From assembly GCA_964187785.1 (NCBI GenBank), contig OZ076409.1:75084001-75148000 (forward strand): a stretch of DNA of 64,000 bases, read 5' to 3'. Below the pieces are notes generated by a model. That model saw only the letters and a list, made by a program, of their open reading frames with translations, did no database searches and was not told the origin of the DNA. Both the position numbers and the translations under genes were made by a program. Below, piece after piece: positions 49,719 to 63,165 of the stretch. Within the stretch, counting starts at the first letter, position 1. The number at the start of each line of letters is the position of its first letter. Source of the DNA: Amphiscolops sp. MND2022. Its lineage: Eukaryota.

Positions 49719-51904
49719 GTGGAGGTTATTTTATAATAATTAAAGTGTTTTTTTCCGGAGTTTGTGGCTTTGGAAAAAACAAAAGGCGAGAAATTGGGCA
49801 CTCCGGGCTGAACCGTATACACTCAAAATTCGCCCAATATTTATACGATCTCGAAACCCAGCCGTACGATTTGGCTGAAAATTTGCATGCGGCTAAAAAA
49901 TCAGATTCTAAGAACTATTTCCTGCTGACATTTTTTTGAAATTTTTGTGTACGTTTCCCCCCCGCCCCCTAAAGGGGTCAATTTTCCCCAATTTTGCACT
50001 TATGAGCCAAATTCTCAAAACTGGTGGATCTGAGCGTATTCCCGGCGGGGACAACTTTTAACGCGCGCTCCTCAGTAGACCTTTTTGACTTTTAACTTTG
50101 GTGGTACGTTCACCCCCCGAGGAGGAAATGGCGTTTTTGTGACTTCCGGTCGAGGCTTTTTTCACCCAAAAAATAGAATTAAGCCAACTTTGAGCAGGAA
50201 GGAGTGGATTTAAAGTGCCTGTACCCTGCTAAAAATTTGTTGGGCTTGTAGCGATATATCTCATACCAAGTCTGGTTTTCACCCCCAAACCCCCCTTGGG
50301 ACCAAAATTCACCCAAACTTTTTTTACCTCTGTTTGTAGTTTTTTTTGCAAAATGTCGTCATTTCCATGGGTAAGGAGTTGAATTAGGGGCTCCTAATAG
50401 GGTACCAATGTTCAAGTACACTTGCAGTGCAACTGAGTGACCCTTTTGGGGCCTCTCCTGTGTTCGGCGAGGACCGGAAGTGGTGTAAACCCCCCTTTTT
50501 TGACGTTTGTTGACCTTGAGACTCGCGCTTAGATGACGTTTATGTCGCGCAAATCCTACAAACCAGTATTAGGATGACATGCTAGCCTACTAGAGAGCAC
50601 TAAGGGAAACTATACTATACCGGAAGTAACCCCCCGTGACCGGAAGTTGTCATTTTTGACCGGAAATGGTCCAAAACATAGCGTAAAAGCAGTTTTCATT
50701 GCTTTTAAAGTCAACTTATTACCTTTTCAGTCTGCGCGAGCTTGTCTTCAGATTCGTTTTTGTTGTCCGTGCACACTACAACAAATATACATCTGTAGAA
50801 CTTTTGCTATAATATCGTCGGAGAGAGAAATAACGGGTTTTCGGAATTTTTTTCAAAAATGTTTGTCTATATCTATCATTTTTACCCAACGTTATTCAAC
50901 AGTAGAACCACAGGGGTTAGTATCTGCCAAAATATATGCCTAACAAAACCACTCGTCCCATTGGTTGCAGTTTGAGCGTTCTAGCTTTGCCTGGTCACAA
51001 GTTGAGGGACTTCAAAAAGTTTCAAATTTTTTTGAAAATTTTTTTTTAAACGTCACGTCTCCCAAAGTTAAGAATTTTCCACACAACTAGGATTGCAAGA
51101 GAATGCACATGGTAAGACCTATAAATCGAGAGAAAAATTCCGTTCAGAACGTCTCTTTATCGTTACGTGACGTTAAAAGATGTTGCTTTGAATGTGAATT
51201 TGATAATGCGTCGAGAAGTAAAAGAGTGTGAATGGATCCTATGTCTCGACAAATACTCATCGCAATACATACGATGAACCCCAATTACCCTCACTTTCAG
51301 TTGGCTAGTACATCAGCGTCTTCCAAGGACCGTTTACCTATTTAAAAATTGTCAAATTCATTATTAATATCAGTTAGCAAGAAATATTTGAGTACATTGT
51401 CATCTCTCCCCATCGGGTGAGATGAGAATGTTCTTGCTAAAAGTCAAGTACTACGGCCCATTTTTGTTTTATTGCGACGTTTTCTGTGCCTTAGCACAAG
51501 GATACTTTTATGTCATCTCACTTTTGTTATACAATCTGACTTGTTGTTATAAAATTCTCGTCATTACTTTACCTAAACCTACTACCATGCATCTTTAACG
51601 TCAAAGCCAAATTCATTTAGACGCCCACCATTCCGTAGTTATGCCGAGGTATGCCTTTCGAAGAAGTATGGCAAAACACAAACGGGCAAATGAAAAGGGC
51701 TGAAATTCAGAAACAGTCACAAACAATTTTGACTATTTGACCGATGGTAGGTTTTTATATGGAACTTACACATCACTGACATTTCAAAACATTCCAGCTG
51801 ACGCCCACTTACAAACATCAACGCCCACGGTCCGTGGGCATGCCGAGGCATGCCCTTCGACGACGTATGGCAAATACCTTTTACGACGTCCCAACTTTCC
51901 CTAG
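49719..51904 (+). mobile_element. Unit 32, divergent family C variant (2186 bp)
   Basis: Head like unit 26; most diverged C body; box and CTAG end. Confidence 0.7.
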
Positions 51905-54082
51905 GTGGATGGTATTTTATAACAATTAAAATGTTTTTTTCCGGAGTTTGTGGCTTTGGAAAAAACAAAAGGCGAGAAATTGGGCACTCCAGGCTGAACC
52001 TAAAAACACCCTAAAATTCGCCCGATTTTTTTACGATCTCGAAACCCAACCGTACGATTTGGCTGAAAATTTGCATGTGGCTCCTAATCAATGAGTAATG
52101 AAAAAGTGTAGAAATGACTTTTCCTGGGAAAATTGTTTTTGTTGCACTTTTTGCGCAATTTTTGACCGATTGTTGCGTTTTTTATGTCACTTTTGACTTT
52201 TCAGGCAAAAAACTCATGGATGCTTTGATCCTAGCGCATCCAGTGTTTCGACCAAAAAGTTGCAGCATGTTCTTTTACGTATGTTGAGAAAATTTGGTTG
52301 CCATCGTATTACCCCCCACTGAGATAGAGGGGGACTTCCGGTGGATTTTAGCACCCTAAAAACGAGGACCTCCTAAATTTCAGCATGAAGCGGTAGTTTT
52401 AGCGTGCTCATACCCTGCTGAAACTTTGTTGGGCATAATGAGATTGTCCTGATATCATGTGTTCAGTTCACCCCCCATCACCCCCTGGACCGGAAATGAG
52501 CTTTTTTTGCACTATCATACCGGAAGTCTCCAATTTCACCGTTAAGCAGTCCTTGTACGAGCAACTACCAGGACATCAAAATTGAAGTACCACCTGAGGT
52601 CAACATAGTGACCACGTGTTCTCCAGTCATAGGTTCCGCTATGACCGGAAATGGGGTCAAAACCCCCTTTTTTGGTTGTTTTTTAACAATTTGACTAGTG
52701 TTTGGTCCACATTCAAGTCGCGTAAGTCAATTGAATCAGCGTGAGCATAAACTGTATGTTCACTGCGTAGACGTAACTGACACTGACAGATACCGGAAGT
52801 AACCCCCCGTGACCGGAAGTTGTCATTTTTGACCGGAAATGGTCCAAAATGTAGCGTAAAATCAGTTTTTCACTGCTTTTTAAAGTCAACTTATTACTTT
52901 TTCAATCTCCGCGAGCTTGTATTCAGGTTCGTTTTTGTTACCCGTGCACTTTGCAACAAGTATACATCTGTAAAATTTTCTCTATGATATCTTCGGATAG
53001 AGAAATAACATATTTTTGAGACTTTTTTCAAAAATATTAGACTATATCTGTCATTTTTACCCAAAGTTTTTCAACAGTACAACCACAGTGGTTAGTCTCT
53101 GCCCAAATTTATGCCTAACAAAACTATTTGGCCCATTGGCCTCAGTTTGAGCGTTCCAGCTTTGCGTGATCATAAGCTAAGGGACATGAAAAATTTTCGA
53201 ACTTTTTTCAAAAAAAAATCTCACATTCATGTCTCCCAAAGTGAAGAAACTTCCACACAACTAGGATTGCAAGTGGATGCCTGTGGCAAGCCCTATAATT
53301 GAAGAGAAAAATGCCGCTTAGAACGTCTCTTTATCGTAACTTGACGTTAACGTATGGTGTTTTGAATGTGAGCTTGATAAGGCGTCGAGAAGTCAAAGTG
53401 TGTAAATGGAACGTACGTCTCGTCGAAAACTCATCGGAATTCATGCAATGAACCCCAATTGTCCTCAATGGCAGTTGCCTACTGCAACAACGTCTTTCTG
53501 GTACTTTTCACCCACTTTCATAAGTGTCAAAATTCTTTTTAAATTCAGTTAGCAAGAAGTACTTGAGTACATTTTCATCTCTCCCCAGCGGGTGAGATGA
53601 GAATGTTCTTGCTTAATGCCAGGTACTACGGCCCCCTTTTGTTTTAATGCGACGCATTCTCTGCTTTAGCACATAGATATTTCATTTCGCCTGGTTTTTT
53701 GTATACTCTCTGACTTGTTATTATAAAGTTCTCGTCATTACTTTACATAAATTTACAACCATAAATCGTTATCGGCAACGCCACATACATTTAGACGCCC
53801 ACCATTCTGTAGGTATGTCGAGGCATACCTTTCGATTACCTATGTCATAACGCAAACGCGATAAAAAGTGCTGAAATTCAGAAACAGTGAGAAACAATTT
53901 TCACTATTTGACATATGGTAGGTTTCTATAGGGAACTTACACATCACTGACATTTCACAACATTCCAGCTGACGCCCACATACCAACATCAACGCCCACC
54001 GTCCGTGGGCATGCCGAGGCATGCCCTTCGACGACGTATGCCAAATTTTTTAAAATCTACACCCAATTGCGGTAGCTGCTAG
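51905..54082 (+). mobile_element. Unit 33, family C (2178 bp)
   Basis: Differs from units 24 and 29 by only a few substitutions seen by eye. Confidence 0.7.
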
Positions 54083-55457
54083 GTGGTCGGGGCGGTCCCC
54101 AGAACGCACAAGGAGGCGCGGGGAGGGTCCTGCGCCGACGTAGAATAATTTCATATAATACTAGTATCCTACATGGGTGTTTTAGAAGCGATTTTGGAAA
54201 CTAACCGTAGGATTTGGATAATTTTTGCATGCGGCCTTAACTCGAAATTCTAAGAACTTTTTCCTATTGTCATTTTCCCCTCAAATTGTTTTGTGTTGAC
54301 TTATGGCCGAAAAACCGGAAATAACGTCCTTTTTAGACGTTATATCCGAAGTGTCGTCATAACTTTTTTCCAGGGCATGCTAGCGTTCTTGTTCACTCTT
54401 ACACTTAGTTGCAGCATCTCGAAATACAACTGGTGGAAAATTTCGGTTGCATTCGGATCACCCCCCACCGAGATACAAGGGTTCCCCCCTCCAGTTTTAC
54501 CCCCCAAAATTGCAAAAAAGCCAATTTTGAGCATGAAGCCGAGGATTTAGCGTACCCGCACCCTTCTGATATTGTGTTGTAAGTATTGGGGTCAATCTGA
54601 CCACATGTGTGGTTTTCACCCCCAACCCCCCCTGGGACCGGAAATGACACTTTTTTGTGTTTTTCGGCAGAAATTAGCTTTTTTCATTAGTAGGCAGTTG
54701 TTTTAGGGACTCCTAGCAGGATATCGAAATTGAAATACAACCTGATCACAACCCAGAGACAACATGCTGGCCATTTGGAGGTACAATCATGACCGGAAGT
54801 GGGGTCAACCCCCCTTTTTGTGACCGCTTTTTGACCTCGTGCACCAAAATGCCAACAACTTGAGGCCTAATGACGCATTCAAATATGTACAATGAAAGAA
54901 AGTTAGACAACCGAAGTCCCGGAAGATCTTTAGCATATACCGGAAGTTACCCCCCATGACCGGAAGTTACCCAATGTGACCGGAAATGGTCCAAAAACTA
55001 TTACAAAGTTAATTTTTTCACATTTCGTTGAACATTTTCAATCCCAAAACTAGCGTAATGGCTTGTTTTGCTGAATTTATGGAAATTGGTCAACTCTATC
55101 ACCCCCGATAGCCTTCGAAGTTGACCTTGCGTCAACTTTGGAGGCTATCGATTCTGAAAATGAACAACAAAGTACACTATTGCTCTCGTTTTTTTCTGTT
55201 GTTTTTCTTCAAACATTCTTGAGACATATTCATGGCCGTTAGTTGAAATCAAAAATTTAGCCCATGTTATGGCGGGAGTAGCGAAGCGTTACACAGGCTA
55301 GTGTGGTTTTGAAATTACAATATTTAAAATAACAAATGACCGTCTTAGTCAACGCCACACTTTCATACCAACGCCCACCGTCTGTGGGCATGCCGAGGCA
55401 TGCGTTTCGACGACGTATGCCAAATCCACCCTTCCGACGCCCGCAGTCCTCAGCTAG
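54083..55457 (+). mobile_element. Unit 34, divergent family B (1375 bp)
   Basis: B-type body with more substitutions; box right arm mutated (GGCATGCGT). Confidence 0.7.
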
Positions 55458-56729
55458 GTGGCCGCGTCTTTTTGATGGACTTTTAGCCCTGAGGCGCGGG
55501 TAGGGTCCTGCGCCGAAACAGAGAAATTATACTACTGCACATAGCCCCGGTCCAGACACGATCTCGAAAACTGACCGTTAGAAATTCCTGAAAATTTGCA
55601 TGTGGCCCCCAATTGGCGAGCAATGAAAAAGTGTAGGAGGTCGTTTTTCCCAAATTCCACTGTGAGAGGAGATATATGAAAAAAACGGACCCCAAAATGA
55701 CGAAATTTTCACTTTTTGACCAAAAATGTGACATTATCTCCTCAGACAAGGCTCGGAGCAAAGTTTGTCAGAACCCAAACCTGCAGCAGACTGTTAGGGC
55801 AGTGCACACAGTAAGTTTGAGAAAAATCGGATAGTCACATGTGGAGAAATTGACGTTTTTCCGGCGAAATTTTTCGCAAATGCAGTCTATCTCTGCCGTT
55901 TTTTGCCCAAATTTTTTTCGAGACCCTCTCCTAAAGGCCTCCCCTGGCCCAATTTCCTTCCAACAAAACCATTTGGCCCTAAATACGAGGTTTCAGCGTT
56001 CCAGCATTCCCCAGTGAAAAGTTATGGGACTTAGAAATTTTTCAAAAATTTTCAAACTTTTTCTAAAAAACTTCAGGCCGCCCAAAGTGAAGAAACTTCC
56101 ACACAACTAGTATTGCAAGTGAATGCATGTGGAAAGCCGTGCACTTGACAAGAAAAATGCCGTTTAGAACGTCTTTTTATCTTTACTTGATGTTGACTTA
56201 TGATCTTTTGAGTAACGTATAACACGTGATCACAGTAGTGAAAATCCTAATTTTCAATAATTTTCAAACAATAACGCATGAAAAGAACCTGGAAAAGGTT
56301 CCGATGGGTCAGTTTGGATGTCTGAAGCATGTGTACATTCCCGTAGTGTATAGCGGATGTATTTGGGACTTATTAGAAATTGTGATATATTTTATACAAG
56401 TCTTTGTTTCTCTTAGAATCTTATGCAGTTGAGTACATTCCATCTCCCTCTCAGGGGAGATGTGAATGTACGTTTGCCAAATGCCTTGTAAAGTTCACAA
56501 TATTGATGGATTCGAAGAGTTGAACAAGTGTGATTTGCGTTTGCCGGATCACTGTAGCAAAATTTCATTAATCTTCAAAGAGATTGAATGGTTTTTGTCC
56601 TTAGTGTTTCTTCTTGTATAGCCGACTTCCACATCCAAATATCAACGCCCACCGTCCGTGGGCATGCCGAGGCATGCCCTTCGACGACGTATGCCAAATA
56701 CCATATGCCACACAGTCTTTTCCCGCTAG
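55458..56729 (+). mobile_element. Unit 35, family A subtype A3 (1272 bp)
   Basis: Close relative of unit 7. Confidence 0.7.
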
Positions 56730-58016
56730 GTGCCCGGATTTCTATTCATTAAAGTATGTTGCGCGTGTGGGTAGGGCCCCGTGGCGCGCTCTTGTGTCCC
56801 TGTTCTCATAACTGCAATTTCCGGCAGCATTCTGAGCGATTTTCTAAACTATCCATACGATTTGGCTGAAATTTGGCACACGTACCCCCCTCGGCACGGT
56901 GAAGATGATTTCCTACTGACGTTTTTCCCGCAAAATTTTTTTTGTTGTCCAAAATAACGGTTTTTGGGGTAAAATTTTGAATTTTTTTTAAATTTTATCT
57001 TATATCTCGCCACCGGTTTACGCTAGCGCTTCAAAACCCTGCTAAAGAAAGCTTGCAAACTGTCTCAGGAATGCGGTGTGAAATTTTCCGCTCAATCGGA
57101 CTTAAACTCGGGGAGATATAGCGTTTTTCCGGAGCGGGGGGGTTTCATTTTTCTAACGGTCCAGCTTATCTTTGCCATTTTTTCGAAAATGCACTCGCCT
57201 AAAGGCCTCCCCTGGCCGGTTTTATTCCCAGCAAAACCATTTGGCCCTAAATACGGAGTTTCAGCGTTCCAGCATTCCCGGGCGAAAAGTTGTGGGACTT
57301 AGAAAAGTTCAAAAATTTTCAAAAAAATTTTTTTCCGTTTTCCGCCCTCCCCCCCTAGGGGAAAAGACCCCCCAACCAGTAATTTGAGTGAATTCATGTG
57401 GAAAGGCCATGTTTAGAGGAGAAAAATGCCGTTTAGAACGTCTTTTTATCTTGGCTCAACGTTGACTTATGACGTTTTGAAGGTGGTGTTTGGAGGTGTA
57501 AAGCACGCGAATAGTAAACGTTATGAGTATTTATCTGATCTGAAAGCCATTGAGATGAATATGGTTTGCTCAAAACGTAATTCATGGCAGTTTGGCAATC
57601 AATCAACACCCTTTGTTGTCGTTTGACATACTTTTTTGTTGTTATAATAAAAAATTTTGTGTATTTATTCATTTTTTTCTCATCAAATAACTTGAAACAG
57701 TTGAGTACATTCCATCCCCCCCTTCCGGGGGAGATGAGAATGTACTCGCAAAAAGCACCGAACTACGGCCCTAACCTTCCCGAGCTACGCAGTATAAGGA
57801 TTACATATTGGTTCCGACATTTTCATAGAGTTAAATCTTGGTAATCTGTCTGGATATGCAGAAAAACCAGCACGTGCTTTTTTATACCAAGTTGCTTACA
57901 ACGACAATTATTTTATATCAACGCCCCCATATTTATCAACGCCCCCCGTCCGTGGGCATGCCGAGGCATGCCCTTCGACGACGTATACCAAAATATGTTC
58001 GAGCGCGTTAGCCTAG
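56730..58016 (+). mobile_element. Unit 36, family A subtype A1 (1287 bp)
   Basis: GTGCCCGG head, A1 body, box, ends GCCTAG. Confidence 0.7.
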
Positions 58017-59302
58017 GTGCCGGGATTTCTATTCGATAAAGTATGTGGCGCGTGTGGGTAGGGTCCCTGGCGCGCTCTTGGGTATGGTGTTCACCAGCTA
58101 GGAAATAGGGGTCGATTTTTCGGGATCTCCTAAACTAGCCACACGATTTGGCTGAAATTTGGCACACGTACTCCCCTCGGCACGGTGAAGATGATTTCCT
58201 ACTGACGTTTTGCTCGCAAAATTTTTTTTGTTGTCCAAAATAACGGTTTTTGGGGTAAAATTTTGAATTTTTTTTAAATTTTATCTTATATCTCGCCACC
58301 GGTTTACGCTAGCGCTTCAAAACCCTGCTAAAGAAAGCTTGCAAACTGTCTCAGGAATGCGGTGTGAAATTTTCAGCTCAATCGGACTTAAACTCAGGGA
58401 GATATAGCGTTTTTCCGGAGCGGGGGGGTTTCATTTTTCTAACGGTCCAGCTTATCTTTGCCATTTTTTCGAAAATGTACTCGTCTAAAGGCCTCCCCTG
58501 GCCGGTTTTATTCCCAGCAAAACCATTTGGCCCTAAATACGGAGTTTCAGCGTTCCAGCATTCACGGGCGAAAAGTTGTGGGACTTAGAAAAGTTCAAAA
58601 ATTTTCAAAAAATTTTTTTTCCGTTATTTGGGCCCCCAAAGTGGGGGAAAAGACCCCCCAACCAGTAAAGCAAGTGAATGCATGTGGAAAGTCCTTGTTA
58701 AGAGGAGAAAAATGCCGTTTAGAACGTCTTTTTATCTTGGCTCAACGTTGACTTATGACGTTTTGAAGGTGATGTTTGGAGGTGTAAAGCACTTGAATAG
58801 TAAACGTTATGAGTATTTATCTGATCTGAAAGCCATTGAGATGCAACATGGTTTGCTCAAAACGTAATTCATGGCAGTTTGGCAACCAATCAACACCCTT
58901 TGTTGTCGTTTGACATACTTTTTTGCTGTTATAATAAAAAATTTTGTGTTTTTATTCGTTTTTTTCTCATCAAATAACTTGAAACAGTTGAGTACATTCC
59001 ATCCCCCCTTCCGGGGGAGATGAGAATGTACTCGCAAAAAGCACCGAACTACGGCCCTTACCTTCCTGAGCTACGCAGTATAAAGATTGCATATTGGTTC
59101 CGACATTTTCATAGAGTTATATCTTGGTAATCTGTCTGGATATGCAGAAAAATCAGCACGTGCCTTTTAATACCAAGTTGCTTACAACAACAATTATTTT
59201 ATATCAACGCCCCCATATTTATCAACGCCCCCCGTCCGTGGGCATGCCGAGGCATGCCCTTCGACGACGTATACCAAGATATGTTCGAGCGCGTTAGCCT
59301 AG
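58017..59302 (+). mobile_element. Unit 37, family A subtype A1 (1286 bp)
   Basis: Head as in units 12 and 17, A1 body, box, ends GCCTAG. Confidence 0.7.
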
Positions 59303-60589
59303 GTGCCCGGATTTCTATTCATTAAAGTATGTTGCGCGTGTGGGTAGGGCCCCTGGCGCGCTCTTGTGTCCCTGTTCTCATAACTGCAATTTCCGGCAGC
59401 ATTCTGAGCGATTTTCTGAACTATCCATACGATTCGGCTGAAATTTGGCACACGTACTCCCCTCGGCACGGTGAAGATGATTTCCTACTGACGTTTTTCC
59501 CGCAAAATTTTTTTTGTTGTCCAAAATAACGGTTTTTGGGGTAAAATTTTGAACTTTTTTTAAATTTCATCTTATATCTCGCCACGGGTTTACGCTAGCG
59601 CTTCAAAACCCTGCTAAAGAAAGCTTGCAAACTGTCTCAGGAATGCGGTGTGAAATTTTCAGCTCAATCGGACTTAAACTCAGGGAGATATAGCGTTTTT
59701 CCGGAGCGGGGGGGTTTCATTTTTCTAACGGTCCAGCTTATCTTAGCCATTTTTTCGAAAATGTACTCGCCTAAAGACCTCCCCTGGCCGGTTTTATTCC
59801 CAGCAAAACCATTTGGCCCTAAATACGGAGTTTCAGCGTTCCAGCATTCCCGGGCGAAAAGTTGTGGGACTTAGAAAATTTCAAAAATTTTCAAAAAATT
59901 TTTTTTCCGTTTTCCGCCCTCCCCCCCTAGGGGAAAAGACCCCCCAACCAGTAATTTGAGTGAATTCATGTGGAAAGGCCATGTTTAGAGGAGAAAAATC
60001 CCGTTTAAATCGTCTTTTTATCTTTATTCAACGTTGACTTATGACGTTTTGAAGGTGATGTTTGGAGGTGTGAAGCACGTGAAAAGTAAACGTTATGAGT
60101 ATTTATCTGATCTGAAAGCCATTGAGATGCAACCTGTTTTGCTCAAAACGTAATTCATATCAGTTTGGTAGTCAATCAACACCCTTTGTTGTCATTTGAC
60201 ATCTTTTTTTGTTGATATAAGAAAAAATTTCGTGTATTTATTCATTTTTTTATCATCAAATAACTTGAAACAGTTGAGTACATTCCATCCCCCCTTCACG
60301 GGGGAGATGAGAATGTACTCGCAAAAAGCCCCGAACTACGGCCCTTACCTTCCTGAGCTACGCAGTATAAAGATTGCATATTGGTTCCGACATTTTGATA
60401 GAGTTATATCTTGGTAATCTGTCTGGGTATGCAGAAAAACCAGCACGTGCTTTTTTATACCAAGTTGCTCACAACGACATTTATTTTATATCAACGCCCC
60501 CATATTTATCAACGCCCCCCGTCCGTGGGCATGCCGAGGCATGCCCTTCGACGACGTATACCAAGATATGTTCGAGCGCGTTAGCCTAG
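59303..60589 (+). mobile_element. Unit 38, family A subtype A1 (1287 bp)
   Basis: Head as in units 16 and 36, body as in unit 15. Confidence 0.7.
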
Positions 60590-61878
60590 GTGCCGGGATT
60601 TCTATTCGTTCGAGTATGTGGCGCGTGTGGGTAGGGCCCCTGGCGCGCTCTTGTGTTTGGGGGTTTCCTACTTCTAAATCACGTTCAGATTTCCGGGATC
60701 TCGTAAACTATCCATACGATTTGGCTGAAATTTGGCACACGTACCCCCCTCGGCACGGTGAAGATGATTTCCTACTGACGTTTTTCCCGCTAAACATTTT
60801 TTGTTGACCAAAATAACGGTTTTTGGTGGAAAATTTTTGATTTTTTTTAAATTTTATCTTATATCTCGCCACGGGTCCACGCTAGCGCTTCCAAACCTTG
60901 CTGACGAAACCTCGCAAACTGTCTCAGGAATGCTGTGTGAAATTTTCAGCTCAATCGGACTTAAACTCGGGGAGATATAGCGTTTTTCCGGAGCGGGGGG
61001 GTTTCATTTTTCTAACGGTCCAGCTTATCTTTGCCATTTTTTCGAAAATGCACTCGCCTAAAGGCCTCCCCTGGCCGGTTTTACTACCAAAAAAACCATT
61101 TGGCCCTAAATACGGAGTTTCAGCGTTCTAGCATTCCGGGGCGAAAAGTTGTGGTACTTAGTAAATTTCAAAAATTTTCAAAAATTTTTTTTTCGTTATT
61201 TGGGCCCCCAAAGTGGGGAAAAGACCCCCCAACCAGTAATTTGAGTGAATTCATGTGGAAAGGCCATGTTTAGCGGCGAAAAATGCTTTTTAGATCGTCT
61301 TTTTATTTTAACCTGTTGTTGACTTATGTTGTTTTGAAGGTGATGTTTGGATGTGTGAAGCATGTGAAAAGGTAATTTTTTGTGTCTTTATCTCTTCTAA
61401 AAGCCATTGAGATGCAATCTGTTTTGCTCAAAACGTAATTCAATGCAATTTGGCAGTCAATGAACACAATTTGGTGTCTTATGTTATATTTTTCTGTTGA
61501 TATAATAAAAAATTTTGTGTCTTTATTAATTTTTTTTAAATAAAATAACTTGAAACAGTTGAGTACATTCCATCCCCCCCTTCCGGGGGAGATGGAAATG
61601 TACTCGCTAAAAGCCGCGAACAAGAGCCCATACCTTCCTGCGCTACGCAGTATAAAGATTGCATGTTGGTTCCGACTTTTTGGTAGTGTTATATCTTGGT
61701 AATTTGACTGAATATGGAGAAAAATCAGCAAGTGCTCTTTTATAGCAAATTGCTGACAACGACAATTTTTTTATATCAACGCCCCCATATTTATCAACGC
61801 CCCCCGTCCGTGGGCATGCCGAGGCATGCCCTTCGACGACGTATACCAAGATATACTCCCGAGCGCGGTAGCCGCTAG
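60590..61878 (+). mobile_element. Unit 39, family A subtype A1 (1289 bp)
   Basis: Near-identical to unit 13. Confidence 0.7.
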
Positions 61879-63165
61879 GTGCCGGGATTTCTATTCATTA
61901 AAGTATGTTGCGCGTGTGGGTAGGGCCCCTGGCGCGCTCTTTTATTTCGGGTACACCTACTCCAAATTCACGATGTGATTTCGACGATCTCGTAAACTAG
62001 CCACACGATTTGGCTGAAATTTGGCACACGTACCCCCCTCGGCACGGTGAAGATGATTTCCTACTGACGTTTTTCCCGCTAAACATTTTTTGTTGACCAA
62101 AATAACGGTTTTTGGGGTAAAATTTTCAACTTTTTTTAAATTTCATCTTATATCTCGCCGCGGGTACACGCTAGCGCTTCCAAACCTTGCTGACGAAAGT
62201 TTGCAAACTGTCTCAGGAATGCTGTGTGAAATTTTCAGCTCAATCGGACTCAAACTCAGGGAGATATAGCGTTTTTCCGGAGCGGGGGGGTTTCATTTTT
62301 CTAACGGTCCAGCTTATCTTAGCCATTTTTTCGAAAATGTACTCGCCTAAAGACCTCCCCTGGCCGGTTTTATTCCCAGAAAAACCATTTGGCCCTAAAT
62401 ACGGAGTTTCAGCGTTCCAGCATTCCCGGGCGAAAAGTTGTGGGACTTAGAAAAGTTCAAAAATTTTCAAAAAAAATTTTTTCCGTTATTTGGGCCCCCA
62501 AAGTGGGGGAAAAGACCCCCCAAACAGTAAGGCAAGTGAATGCATGTGCAAAGCCCTTGTTTAGAGGAGAAAAATGCCGTTTAGAACGTCTTTTTATCTT
62601 GGCTCAACGTTGACTTATGACGTTTTGAAGGTGATGTTTGGAGGTGTAAAGCACGTGAATAGTAAACGTTATGAGTATTTATCTGATCTGAAAGCCATTG
62701 AGATGCAATATGGTTTGCTCAAAACGTAATTCATGGCAGTTTGGCAATCAATCAACACCCTTTGTTGTCGTTTGACATACTTTTTTGTTGTTATAATAAA
62801 AAATTTTGTGTATTTATTCATTTTTTTCTCATCAAATAACTTGAAACAGTTGAGTACATTCCATCCCCCCCTTCCGGGGGAGATGAGAATGTACTCGCAA
62901 AAAGCACTGAACTACGGCCCTTACCTTCCCGAGCTACGCAGTATAAGGATTACATATTGGTTCCGACATTTTCATAGAGTTAAATCTTGGTAATCTGTCT
63001 GGATATGCAGAAAAACCAGCACGTGCTTTTTTATACCAAGTTGCTCACAACGACATTTATTTTATATCAACGCCCCCATATTTATCAACGCCCCCCGTCC
63101 GTGGGCATGCCGAGGCATGCCCTTCGACGACGTATACCAAAATATGTTCGAGCGCGTTAGCCTAG
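61879..63165 (+). mobile_element. Unit 40, family A subtype A1 (1287 bp)
   Basis: A1 body, hairpin, box, ends GCCTAG. Confidence 0.7.

Noticed and set aside
871..63135. CRISPR array (palindromic repeat recurring many times)
   Set aside because: The intervening sequences are 1-3 kb and homologous to each other rather than unique 25-45 nt spacers, and there are no cas genes.
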